A stretch of 64,000 nucleotides of DNA from assembly GCF_009914755.1 (NCBI RefSeq), contig NC_060934.1. One strand, given 5' to 3'. The notes beneath the pieces are model-generated. The model was not told the origin of the DNA. It did no database searches and was given only the letters and a program-made list of their open reading frames with translations. Source of the DNA: the human T2T-CHM13v2.0 reference genome, Homo sapiens. The translations under genes and the position numbers were made by a program. Positions 27,278-42,371 of the stretch are shown here, piece after piece (the first letter of the stretch is position 1; each line of letters begins with the position of its first letter).

Positions 27278-27462
27278 AGTGCTCTATGTGAATTATTCCT
27301 ATAGGCTCCCACTGGCCTTCCTCCATTCAGTATTGCATTTCTCCCATTCTACACCACCCAATGCCTCAAAAGCTTGGTCTGTAGACTACATAGGGAGTGA
27401 CATGTCACTTCCTGCTTCAGATCCTTTCAATGGCTTTCCACTTTTTTATAAGCTCACGATTT

Positions 27463-27590
27463 CAGGTGTGGCCATATAATTTATCACCCAAATAGGGAAA
27501 CAAATGAAAGTGGGAGAAAGGCTATTACTAATAATGCTGGAACTGCAGGCATGAAGCCGACTATCCTGGGCAAACCCTACTCAAAAGGTC
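27463..27590. mobile_element. MER81-like hAT-Blackjack element
   Basis: 'gccatataatttatcacccaaa...gctattactaataatgctgg...cctgggcaaacc'. Confidence 0.7.
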
Positions 27591-28118
27591 GACTCCCCAG
27601 CTCCAAACTCTCACCCCTTCTTCCTTCGCAAGCCACTGTTCGCCCGTTCTGAGGCTGCTTTTGCATTTTTACATCTTCAAACTTAAAGTTTTCCTTTATG
27701 GGACTTCACATGCTCTTCCCTGTACCTAAATCATTTCTTTTTCACATCCCACCCCCAACCCATCTCCCACTCCTTTGTCCCCTTGCTGATTCCCTCAAAC
27801 TGCAACGTAAGGTCTCAACTTATATGCCACTTCCTCTGTAAAGTTTTCTTCAATATTCTCCCCCTGCCCAAGTTTGGGTTTAGCGCCATTCCTATGTATC
27901 CCATATCATTTCCATACGCTCCCTCTTTTAAATCAGTATTTCTCCTATCACCTTCACTAGTGTACGTATATCCTCTATAATCTGCATCCATAGGGCCTGG
28001 CACACACTAGGCATTAGAAGAAAAAAAATCTAAGAATAAATGAATGAATGAAGATCCGTTGCTGGTGACATTTATAAACTGCCAAAGAAAGTTATAAAAA
28101 TTTTCAGAAAGAATTGGC

Positions 28119-28333
28119 ACACCTCCTGGGTTCACACAATTCTCCTGCCTCAGCCTCCCGAGTAGCTGGGATTACAGGCACACACCACCACACCTGGCTA
28201 ATTTTTTGTATTTTTAGTAGAGACGGGGTTTCACTAAGTTGGCCAGGCTGGTCTCGAACTTCTGACCTCGTGATCCGCCCGTCACGGCCTCCCAAAGTGC
28301 TGGGATTACAGGCTTGAGCCACCGTGCCTGGCC
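28119..28333 (-). mobile_element. Alu (Sc/Y-like) lacking its 3' end and A tail
   Basis: Antisense Alu starts abruptly at 'cctcctgggttc' with no poly-T. Confidence 0.9.
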
Positions 28334-29249
28334 GTATCTGTGTCTTTTTAAAGTTCTATTACTTTGAAGATATATTTCAACTTCCTTTTCAGTCCAATGA
28401 ATTAAGTATTTAAAATGAAATAGGAAATCTTTAAAAAGTAAGTAACTTCCCTAATCCACTAGAAATTAAATATTCAAATTAACACACTAGAGTTACATTT
28501 TTCATATTTTAACTGTCAATTCAACTAACAACCTACATACCTTGCTTCTGTTTAAAAGGAAAACAATCACAAAAAGATTTTAGTTTACTCCCAGGACAAA
28601 AATAGATTAACTGATTATATCCTGAAATAGTCTAAAATTTATTTGGGGGCTTAACTTGTTAAAGTAATATGGAAATGAGGTCAAAGCAATGGTAGATAAT
28701 AAGAATGACTTCAAGAAAAGCAATGTTAAATGTTAGATCAAAAAAGGAAAAAAGATACTTTATTCCCAAGACTAGCTAACTACAAACTGACATTGCCAAA
28801 CAAAACATCATGTATCCTGGAATATTACCTATTTTCTACACATATGAATATACGTCTTTCATGCTAACTTTACACAATTCTTTAGTCACACTGCTAGATA
28901 AAATGAAAAATAACCAAATTATCCACCTAAAATATTTTCCACATAATAAAATTTAACTAATTATTATAAAATTTTATCAAATGGCCCTTCTTAATAACGT
29001 CTAAAGTCATACCTCCCTCTTGAGCCAAATACCAGTTCTCATCCAGTATAATATTGCATAATTAGCTATTCCATTTGAAACACTCTTGAACCAAATACCA
29101 TAATCGGGGATTTTTTTTGTCTGAAACATGCTGCTTTCATTTCTAATACCCTTGAACCAAAACAATAATTTCAAAAAGGAGTTTAACAAGATATTCATAG
29201 CTAACCTCACCCTCCCCTGGGTGATACTAACTTCTCAGGTGCAGTCTAA

Positions 29250-29719
<470 letters not shown>

Positions 29720-30440
29720 TAAAAATAAATTTAAAACCAAGTTTTAAATTCTGAAAGCTATTTCTCAAAAAAAGTAGAAACTAGTTTTTACATCTAGGAA
29801 GAAATTTTCATTCAACACTCTACATATGCTCACCAGTAATCATCACAAGCTAAATGATCATTTTAATTATGTAATTATGTAACCTATATGTAATTCTGAC
29901 TCACAGAACAATATCTGACACATAATTGCCCCAGCGTCAAGTCCAAAATGTATACAGTGCAGGATTTAGTGCAGTAATGACTTCAGAATAATGTAGGAAA
30001 ATTCTGAAATGCCTGCTGTAAACTGATCACATTTGGAGGAAAAATAAGTGATAAACTTAGGAGGCAATGGAAAGGGAGAATTGAAATCTGTCTGCCAATA
30101 TTTTATGGGTATTTTACACTGGAAAAGTGCTCTTCTCTGTAAAATGGAATGACATTTTGAAACATAAATTAGTAAAGGGACAGGAAATGGGGAGGTGAAA
30201 GGGGAAAGAAAGAGGAATGCTGAAATGACCCTATAGAAAAATAGGTATGTTTGTCAAACATATTGGAATCCCATTAACTACCCAAGTAAAATGGACCTAA
30301 ACAAAATTACTAGTAGGTTCTGTATAGTGTACTCTTAACTTTACTTAAAACAAAAATGACCTTGAAGCTACATTTGACAGAACTTAAATTCTGAGCTTCC
30401 CAATAAGAGTATTTTGCAGTTTCTCATCACATTATAATCA

Positions 30441-30695
<255 letters not shown>

Positions 30696-33101
30696 TTACA
30701 TTGACTTAAAGAACATTTAGTAAGAGCATTGTGGGATTGGGTGTGTGACAACTGAGAATCTAACTTGCTCAAGGCTATTACTTTCCAATGTTTAAGGAGA
30801 GGTCAGCATAAAAGAAAACAGATCATCAATCATTGCTCTTCTTTTTAGACCTTCGGTAGTCCAGATCCGAGCCCAGGCTCTCAGCTGAGTACAAATCAAG
30901 TAATCGTATCAGCCAGATCACCTTCTGATTTATTGCAAGGAGGGCAAACCCCAGCACTTCGTCCATGTGAATGGTCTTTTGCACCTAGACAAAGGACCAC
31001 TTGTAAGAAGAACTGGATAAAGCTTTGACACTGTAACCTCCCCCAACCCCCACAAAAACAGAGCTTCTGAATGAGGTGGTGAAATCCACAGGGTTTCCAA
31101 AAACCCATGGGGATTCCAAAAACCCACAGTAGCTGTGCTGTTTAGAGCTAGGGTAAAAATAATTAGAATGCCCCTAATAGAGCAAATGGCCTGAAACTTT
31201 TATTATGTTTACCTATACAGATGAAGAAATCTGTTAAATACCAACCAATCATAGTACCAATTGTAAAATGAGCTATAATGGGTTGACAGCTAGCTACCCT
31301 GGTACCAAAAATGCTGACTGTACTCTACTATAATAACCAAGAATTCCCATTTTGGGTTCTACATAAAGAAGGTGTTACAACTTCAAACCTGCCCCATATC
31401 TTCCATTAAGAGATATTCCTATCAAAATTCCCATTCAATTTTAGGCTATAGGAAAGATCTCATAATTTTCTTTAAAAAAGCAAGACTCAAACAGGAAAAA
31501 AGATTAGAATTATGAAATACGTGGCATATGTATAGATGCATTTTTATTTAAAAACCCATCTTAAAACCTTGCATGAAATTTCCATTTGCCCCTACTTTTT
31601 CTAACAAGCTAAAAATAATTGCTCTTATCTCTGGAAAAGGAATTTTCTCTAAAAGAAGGGCATAATATAAATTGTACACAAAAAATAAAATCATAGAAAA
31701 TTATACAGTCATTAATTACCTTTCAAACACTGCTTTACTTTTTTGAGGTAATATTTCTACAGCATTTTTAACTTACAAAAAGACATAAAGGTCATTTGCA
31801 CACTTTAGTCACTTAAAACATAATATATTTTAACATTTAAATATACTGCTCTGACAAATTATAAGATACTATGGTTTATCATATTTATATAGCAGTCTCT
31901 AACTTTTTATAAAGGAATATTTTTGCAATATGATTGGGCCACAACAACATTGGTTTATAAACAAATGTTTCCCAAAACTCTGAATAGTAAATGTTTTAAA
32001 ACTGATTTTTTAAGGCTTTCGTGCCTTACTTGAGCAACTGTATCTACAACTTTATTTGCCTTCATTTAAAAAATTTTGCTTCAATAATGCAGAAGTAAGC
32101 TTCCTCATTAAATATATACTGAAACATACTTGTAATCTTTGTAGATAAAAACAAAAAGAAAAATGGGAACTAAACAAATAGCACGCAACTTGCAAATTTA
32201 TTACATATGTGTTTTTTCTAAATTAGAATGCAAAGTAGTTCAAATAAAATCAACTTCTCAAGATGGCCAATTTTTTAATTATATTATGGCCTGGATATTT
32301 TACCACACTGAATTATATAGCTTGTCTTAAAAAATAAAGGAAAGAAATATTAAAAGCAACAAATAAGCTACGGGTTATCACTAAAACCAGCCTTCGCACT
32401 AAACATATTTCTCTTCCAGCTTCATGTCCTTTATAGTTTATCCAGGTGTGTTCTCAATTCATCCGAGTCCGAAAGTTAACAGTAAGAATCAGCAAGTTAG
32501 TTACCTTCCCCCAAGTTCAAAATAAAATTATAGCTACAGGAAATTAACTACTCCATCAATGCCAACTGCTTCTAAAATTTATTTTTTGGTTATGAAGGTA
32601 ATTTGGAAAAGTCTAATATCCATAAATCATTACTATGTTTTATAATCCATTATAAAAACAATCCTGTCTTTTTATGTATTTCATATTATTTCATATGCCT
32701 CGTTCGTATCCTAGTATCTGTCATTTTTTAGTACTGTCAGCAATAGAGCTATCTCATTTGTCTTTATTTCTCCAAAGCATTCCTCTTGTCTGTGACTTTC
32801 TCAGAACACCAACAGCTGACAGCTTCTCTCTCTCCAGAGTTTAAAGCCTAAAATGTCTATTACGAAGTTACGAAAGCAGAACAAGAGAGTAGCTACATGC
32901 AAAATTTTTAGAACAGAAAAGTGAATGGAAATCAACATAATATTAACATAAGCTCAGTGATGACAGGACTTTTGGAAACATTTGTAACCTCTTCTGCTTT
33001 TCACTCATAGGATCACACGCATCTGTCTGCACTAGGACAGGTTCTGCCTGGGCCAGGTCTGCAGCAGACACATCCCAGTGAGCTCGGAGAGTCACACTTA
33101 C

Positions 33102-33179
33102 ATCATCGGCCAAGGCCGCCGCACCATGGAGAATGGGCACCGGACTCTGCTTCTCATAGTAGTGTAGTTTTTCATGAAT
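33102..33179 (-). CDS. MPP7: MPP7 coding exon (probably exon 4): [26 protein letters not shown], end of L27N and start of L27C; 78 bp, phase 0-0
   Basis: Minus-strand acceptor ttttcttccAG (ct at 33180-81) and donor GTAAGT (ac at 33100-01). The peptide matches recalled human MPP7. Confidence 0.97.
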
Positions 33180-34679
33180 CTGGAAGAAAATCAAATGCAT
33201 ATAAGTTCACCTGCTAGCAAACAATCTCAGATAGCTGCACATTTTTATACTTGAAAAGAGAATCTGAATCCTTGAATATCCTAAAGTTATATGTTTATGA
33301 CATATTACACACATGTAATATGTTTGTACATGCTAATATAAACCCATAGGTGACACGTATGTGTGCCTAATTCATTTATTACTATGGCCCAGTGTTTACA
33401 ACACGGAGTCAAATGGAAAAAACAGTCTTAATCAAACAGAACCCACTTGAAAACTAAGTCTTTGTCTTTCCCCTCAATAAGCATGTTAAGTTTTGTGATG
33501 TCTATTATATCTAAAATCTATTGCTGCAATATTTCAAGTATCAGTTGCAGCTTATATTCCTGCTAAAAATGTAAATTATGATTAAAGCAAAGCAATAAAC
33601 TGTCAGCCACATTTTGGCAGGTTGGTATGGAATCACTGTCAAGAGGGAAGGAGCTGGCACTATTTGTGCCTGGGTGCCACATCCAGGAACATCTGCTCAA
33701 GCACACTGTTCCTTTTATTATACTTATTCATTCTTTTTTTTTGAAATTGCCAACTTTCCCCCTCAACTTCAAATTTCTAAGAAACGAAGGGATTTTTCAT
33801 AACTAGTGGCATTTCTTATAATTATTTAGCATAAATGAGATCATTTTTCATATTGTAAAATAATTATAATAATAAATTTTAAAAAATTTAGCCCTTCATT
33901 TCCCATTATTGTGACCCAAGAAACACAAAGGCAAGAATCTACATAAATCCCATGTAAGACACACTGAGTTCCTTGAAAAATCTAGCAGAAAGTTGAGAAA
34001 CAAAAGACGTGTTGACAAACACATAACTGTCAGCACTTAAGTTTCATCTATTTCAGCTCTTGTGTAGGTGTCCTTTCATATTTTATACTTGAAAACTCAC
34101 TTTAGTCTCTTTTTATTTATAGTTGAAGAAAAATGTCCCCCACCATATACAAAAAACAGTTGCACCTCACAATTTCCTGTCTTTAACAGGTATCAAGTAA
34201 TACACTCTTTAATTATACTCAAAGCTAACCAAACTCCATTGTAAAAGTCTGGAAGATAAATTTTATTCTGATTAGCCAGATGCTATTGCTAAGAGAGGAT
34301 TCTATTACCTTTTTGGCAACCCAGTACACAATGTAAAGCTTCAGGGAAAGAATTTTGACACTTATGATATTACCAGAATGATCAGAGCCACATTTTTACT
34401 TAACATCTTGGAAATTTTAAAGATGTATCATAACAAGGTAATAAACTTTAAAGACTGTAAGCTATAAAAAGAGTTAGATTTGATTTGAGAAACTATGAAC
34501 ATTTAATTTAAAACAAAAACCAATCATACTGAGCTAAATTCACTTTGTTTAAATAATTATCGAGAATTAAGACATCTCAACATATAGTATCACAGAATAC
34601 TTAACTTACCCTATCACAAAACTCATCTAACCTGACTGCAGTTACTTGTTTAAATGTCTGCTTCCCTGCTATAATAAAC

Positions 34680-34940
34680 ATAGAGACTTATTAAGAACTT
34701 ACCAGGTGCCTGTACTACCCACCTAATAGGTCAGTAATACTAGTAACATAGTCTTTAATGAGTTTAAAATTTGAATTCCTCAATTCTCACAAGAAAATAA
34801 AGAGGTAGACAGCGGGACCATCTCATTTTACAGATAAATAGGAGTTAAACAAGTTGCTATGTTCTTGCAGACAGTAAGAGGCAGAGCTGAGATTTCAAGC
34901 TCAAGCCATCTGGCTCAGTGCTGGAGCTCCTAATCACCCA
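34680..34940 (-). mobile_element. MIR
   Basis: 'catctcattttacagat...gcagagctgagatttcaa'. Confidence 0.65.
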
Positions 34941-35629
34941 CTTTTCCTCTCAGACTGACATCTCATCTGTGTTCTTCACTGCGATCCTTGGCTGCCTAAT
35001 GAATATGGCCAGTTTGTAGGGCATAGAAAGGAAGGCTGGAAAGATATATAACAAATCGCAGTGACTGCTTCCACTGACTAGAGGATCATCAGTGGTTCCT
35101 CTCCATCCCTTATATTTTCTTTCTCATTGGTGGTTCCTCTTCATCCCTTGTGTTTTCTTTCTGATGGCTTCCAATTTTCCCAGGTTAATTTCTATGAATA
35201 CTCTAATTATAACATAAAATTATGTGCCTCAAATAAACACATTATTTCTCCACTTCATTTGCTTCTTCTGAGCGTCTTTCACAAATAGTCAGTTTCTCTT
35301 CCATCATCTTCTCCAGATCCTGACCCAATTGATAGAGTATCCCACCCCTAGCCTGCCCACTCCTGGATTTTGTGCCATATCAAACATTTTTTAAATGTTC
35401 TAGAATTTCAAAGTTCTGGTAACCCTGTGTTGCGTATGTGTTTTACTTTACCGCATCATTTTAAAAATTAAGTTGGTAGGGGAGTAAAAATTTACTCTAA
35501 ATAATTTTGAGCTGTTCACTGTTTCCAAAAATATTGACAGAAATTCTGCTTTTTATTACTATTTATGATAACCAAAAGAAAAAAATGATTTTTCAATTCT
35601 AATAAACAGGCAACACATATAGACTTCAC

Positions 35630-35835
35630 CCCAAGGCTATCCAACAGAACTGCCTGTGATGGTGAAAATGTTTTATAGCCGTTTGCCCAATATGGTTAGC
35701 CACTGGCCACGTGTGGCTTTTGAGCACTTGAGCTGTGGCTTGACTTGAGGAACTGAATTCTTCATTTTATTTAATTTTATTTACTTTACATTTAAATACC
35801 CACATGGAGCCAGTAGCCTTCTTCTTGGAGAACAT
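35630..35835. mobile_element. MER3-like hAT element
   Basis: 'tccaacagaact...gccactggccacgtgtggc...gagcacttga...catttaaatacccacatg'. Confidence 0.75.
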
Positions 35836-36090
35836 GACATAACTTTATGCAGTCTATAATTTCTCTTTATATCCCAGAAAAATTTACTCTGATACAGGGT
35901 GACAAATTTCCCTAAGTGGGAACATTTGGGGATCTAGTAGACAAATATATAACCAAAGATGTGGCTTCATCATCAATGAGCAATCTAGCATCAATTATTA
36001 AGTATCAGGTGTAGCCAAACCTGCAAAACCTCATTTATTTTAACTACACATTTCCCTTTGCAGATTCAAGACATAATAAAAGTACACTTC

Positions 36091-36394
<304 letters not shown>

Positions 36395-38427
36395 GTATAC
36401 TTCATTTTTCTCCCCTGAGCAACTGGAAGAGGAGGAAGCAGAGAAGGAGATGAGGGAGGAAAGGAGTTAGGAGTAAAGAAGTCTGGAGAAAAGGGGAAAT
36501 CTGGTTAAATTAATTTTATATAACAGTTATTCAAAAACAAGATCCTAAAAGTCAGGACACGCTAAAATATATTAAATGCACTATTAAGAAAAAAGGACAT
36601 TTCAAAATCTATATACATTATGCTCTATGTATATGTCCATAAGGGTTTTTTTCCTATAATTACATTTGTAATCAGAAAACATCAGTAAAAATAAAAATAA
36701 TTTTAATATGTAAGCAGTTCTCATAAGGAAGCCATAGTTACCTTCATTTACATACTTCCTAAAAATAAATGTTTAATTTTAGTGAGGAAATCTGTTTTAC
36801 TTACACATACAATAGAACTTTTAAAAATAAAGCTTCAATAATTAAACTATGAATAAAGTACCCCCCAATGCAGTCATGTGTTTTATACCTGTCAATGATG
36901 TACAGACTCCACCATGGTCATCTGCATTACATTACATTAAGTAAACTAAAGCTGTAATCCTTTTATTGGCTTCTATTATGAGTACAAAAAAGTACTGAAA
37001 ATTACTGCCCAGTAGTTTGACTCTTCAGCATGTTAATTAATGGTACCAGATCTAGAATTAGCACATGCATGCATACACCTATCTACCTCCATATTTTAAA
37101 TACTGGGGGTGGGGAGAAGATTCTGGGTACTAAAAAAAGAAAATCCATGGGACACGATCCTTTCAGAAACATGTATTTATTTCTGATGCATGACCTTGAA
37201 ATATCACTGGCCACTTTGCTAACTTTACAATGTAGGACTTGGTGGATAAAACTCTCAAATCCTAAGCCATGGACCAACAAGTCCATGGATGGTTACAAAC
37301 TCTTAAAGCAGACTTTCTTTTGTTCCTACCTAATCCCAGGAAGAGCCAGACCAGCTTCTTTGTCATCTCCCTAGTAGTTTAAAGTTTTCTCATCTTCCCA
37401 CTCACTAACAAAGTAGCCCTAGAAAAGTAGCTATTCTGTGTGTGTATATCATAAAGCCTAAAAACTTGGAGGCTGTACCTTTGCTCAAGCTACACAGTCA
37501 GAAGTAAAAATGTAAACAAATAAAGCCTTCCCATAGGAATCGCTGGGAGCAACTGGTACTTTGCCTTCAATTCCAGCCAGGGTGTTTGCAACATCTCTAC
37601 ACAGATGCATAATTCTTATAAGGAACATGTCTATAAAGTCTACAAAATACAAAGCACCAAAAACCGTTTTTAGGCTTAAATTAAATGATTAAAAAGCAAC
37701 AAACCATCAACATTTTCATTTTGGTTGAAAATGTAGTGATACTATTTGAAACCACTTCTCAGAACATTTTCTACAGATCAAATTCCTTTAGTTCCCAGAA
37801 TAATGTTCTAGAGAAAGTAGCCAGGGCATTAAACATTTCTTTGGAAAATCTGAGTTAGTTGGGGTGGGGGGTGGTGGGGAAACTTGAATTCTCCAATCCA
37901 GAGATATATAATCTGTCCCATTTTGAAACAACCCCAAATTTCTACATACATTTATTTTTCACTCCCCACATATTACAATTATGAGAGCTGCCATTCTTCA
38001 AAAATCTGTATTTCAGTAATTGTTTTTTTTTTCCAGTAATTGTTGATGAAGTGGGAACTGTTAAATTTTTGATCAGATAGCTGTTACTGCAGATGATGTC
38101 ATGGAACTCAGACAGGTTTCAACATACAAGTAGCAATCAATTACCTTGTATACTTGTTTGCAGTTTACATTTTAACAAACATTAAAACTGTAATTACAGC
38201 TTAAAACTAGTTTTGTAACAAAAGATGGAATGAACCGTCTTAAAACGTGGCGAGTCTGGGATCTATGGCTAGGAGAGTTCATGTGTGACTCAGTTGATTC
38301 ATGAACTCCTGAAAACTATATACAATTTGTTTGCATGCATTTTCTAGGAAAATACCCAAATACAGATGGGTGATTTATGCTAAAGGACTTAAGACTTTAT
38401 TCAGTAAATAAATAAATAGCCATTAAA

Positions 38428-38745
38428 GGCCAAGTGCGGTGGCTCACACCGGTAAGCCCAGCACTTTGGGAGGCCAAGGCAGGCAGATTGCTTGAGCCCA
38501 GGAGTTCAACACCAGCCTGGGTAACATGGTGAAACCCCAACTCTACAAAAAATACAGAAATTGGCCAGGCATGGTAGTGTACACCTGTAGTCCCAGCTAC
38601 TCGGGAGGCTGAAGTGGGCAGACTGATTGATTGATTGAGCCCAGGAAGTGGAGGTTGCAGTGAGCTCAGATTGTGCCACCGCACTCCAGCCTGGGCAACA
38701 GAGCCAGACCCTGTCTCCAAAAAAAAAAAGAAAGAAAAAGAAAAA
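38428..38745 (+). mobile_element. AluJ-like
   Basis: Full Alu with J-type 'cttgagcccagg'; TSD cattaaa. Confidence 0.93.
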
Positions 38746-39219
38746 GGCATTAAAGAATAGGAGACCCTTGGGCCAATTTGTGCTTCACTCCATTTTCCTT
38801 GGACAGATTTGGGGAGGAAGGGAGGTAGCAGGTAAGACGAGGAACAGAAAACCTGTTAGGAGGATATTGTGCTAGTGGTCAGAAACTTAAAAAAACAAAA
38901 CAAAACAAAACAAACAAACTGGTCACTGCTCAGTGCAGATGACTTTGGGGTTCCTCAGGTTTCCCTTTCTTTGCAAACACAATGGACTTAAGCAGTTCCA
39001 TCTCCTCTCAGCAGCCACCACACTGCCTCTATCCCCAAATCTGTTGTGAAATCAGATGTACTCTTCCAGCTATTGTTTTCCTTGCTGCCTCCAAGATAAA
39101 CATATAGGCCCATTGTACGTTAGAGATTTAACTGTTATCTCCATAGAGAAAAGGAAAAGCACTAAAAAAAATGAAGAATTTATAGTATTTTCACAGTTTT
39201 AAAAGATGAAGTATCAACA

Positions 39220-39445
39220 TAATTTACTGAGAGTCTTGAAGTCAAATACATGAGTTTAAATCCCAATTCCGCCCCTTACTTATGCTTAAGCAACTTATTT
39301 AACTTTCTATGCCTTAGTTTTCTCATATTTAAAACAGGATAATAATCGTATCTATTAACTAGGGTTACTGTGAGAATGAAAGTCACCATTAAAAGAGTTT
39401 CATGCAAGTTCTGGAAAATAGAAAACACCTAATAAACAGTATTTA
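39220..39445 (+). mobile_element. MIR
   Basis: 'gtttaaatcccaattccgccccttact...gccttagttttctcat...agggttactgtgag'. Confidence 0.7.
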
Positions 39446-39830
39446 TTTCCAATTCCCCTGCTCGCTTCCACTGGTGTTCCTAGTAAGAGGAGATTCTCGT
39501 CTCCCTTTGACTACACCATGTTGTGTATACATATGATACAATCAAGACCTAAAGATCAACATCAAAGATTAATCGGTATCACCTATATTCAAGAAGAGAA
39601 TTTCTGAGGTCACGCAACCAAATGCCATCTCTATTGACATTTCTTCAAAAACAGTCCAAGTAAAAAGAGAAGAGGACCTGAACAAAGGGCTAACGGAAGC
39701 CTGGATGGACACAGGAAAGGCAGACAGTAACTGTGACCACCAGATACGGACACAGGAAAGGCAGACACTAACTGTGATCACTGCAAGTGGCAAATGATGG
39801 AAAGGGTGCAAGACCAAGCTGAGAGTATCA

Positions 39831-40404
<574 letters not shown>

Positions 40405-42371
40405 CTAGCTATCACTGTTGTCAGCTCTCATCTGTCTATCATTTGGGAATCCAAAGACCCTCTGCCCACAAGCCCAAATTCTGTTGAAATTAATAAGGAA
40501 GCTCACATAATTTTGAGATGAGCTAGGATCTGGTTAGGGAATGTGGAGTGTATTCCAATGTGACTGTATGGAAAATGACTATTAGACAGGAATCAGACTT
40601 TATTCACAATGGAAATACCCAGCAACCATAAACTGGTTGTCACTTCCTTATTTAAGCCCTTTGGTGGCTTGCCATTGCTCTTGAGATGAAGGGCATGCCT
40701 GCCAATGCACTTGAAACTCAAGCCTGTTCTGGGGCTCTGCATGCCCTGGACCCTGCAGACTTCCATCTCAAGCCATTCTCCATCAGGTTCCACCCACAGG
40801 GACCTTATGTTAGACCCTCAAGCACCCAGAGTCTCTCCTACCTCAAGGCATCCTCTCTGCCTGCAATGTTCCTGAGTCTTGGGGGTACCCACATTCATCT
40901 CTGAGTCTTAGCTAAAATGTCACTTACACACAGCTCTTCCCAACAGTCTTACCCAATCAAAACCAGTTCTCCTTCATTATTAGGTCTGATGGCTTCCTAT
41001 TCTTTTTGTTCACTATCCTTATCAGACTTTGTATTTATAGATTTATCATATTTATCTGTTTACACCCCCATCGGTAAGGAAATTCATAGATCAGGGACAA
41101 TGTCCCTAGAGTTCACCACCAGATCCCTTGCTCATAACCCAATGCCTCACATAAAATAGATGTTAAAACGTTATTATTAGTTAGTGATAAGTGGACATAT
41201 AAATCCTCTAATCCTGCACAGTTGGTAACACCCTGGGATCACCGTGGAAGAGGATGATAAATGCAATGATTTTCTTCTTGCCCCAAAACTGATGACTAGT
41301 CCCCAAAGCTGAGGAAAAAGAAGTGTTAAGTCCCATGTTCTAAGAAAAACTCCAAACAGCTGAAACATACACTTCTCTAGACTCAAAGAGATGGGTGAAA
41401 TGTAACCATCAACTATCTTCTATCTGCCACTTCCCAGAATGTGTGTGTGTGAAATTTATATATGAAATATAAATTTCATATATACATACACACATAGGAC
41501 TACAGAGTGGAAATTGTCTTACGGAAACAGGAAAAGAGGGGACAGCCGGCAGGGGGGCCCACAGCCTAGTGAAGAGTAGAATAATGGAGGTAAGTCTCTG
41601 AGACAATCCCTCATAGAGAACAGGGGTACAGAGAAGACGACAGAGGACAAACTCTAGCTCCTATGCAGGCAGCAGACTAGCTGATTTTCCTTTCGTGTTT
41701 CTCTAATCAAGGTGACAAGGGAAATGAGGCAGGATGGCAGAACAGAGAGAGGGAACAGTAGAGGCCGACAGTTGCTTGGCCTACAAATGATGCATGAGTT
41801 ACCTACAGGTCACATGGACCCCACTGAAAGTAGTTGGGCTGGAGCCACCCTGCAGATAATCCAGCCTACAGCACTACAGGAGGTTTTGGGTTACACAAGC
41901 CATGCACTGTAAGAGAAATGCAACATTTGAGCACTTCCACAAAGAGTAAGAATGCTGGTCAGTGCTGGCCTGAGAAGAGGCAATAATGTGGCCAACTTCT
42001 GTCTCCCTGCCCCAACACAACAGAAGAACTGGATCTCCTTTCAAAAGCAAACCGATCCATCTTGCAAAGGGTATTGGGGGAGTAGGGGTAAAAGGAGAAC
42101 ACACTATCCCCCATCCCCAAGCCAACTCCCCTACCCCTGGCTGACACTAGGGACAGGAGGAGGTGAGACTCAGATCAGAGATGACCACAAAGGAATACTA
42201 AATTGAGCTTTTAATAATTGAAAATGTCCTGGAAGCTACAGACTGCCAGAAATTTTGTTAAAAGAGATAGAAAAGTTAGCTTTGATGTAACATATTTTGA
42301 TGCAGTGATTGGAGAAAATTAAAACTCCCTCTTTGAGCACTGTTTGATTTGTTGTCTAGAACAGTATAGCC

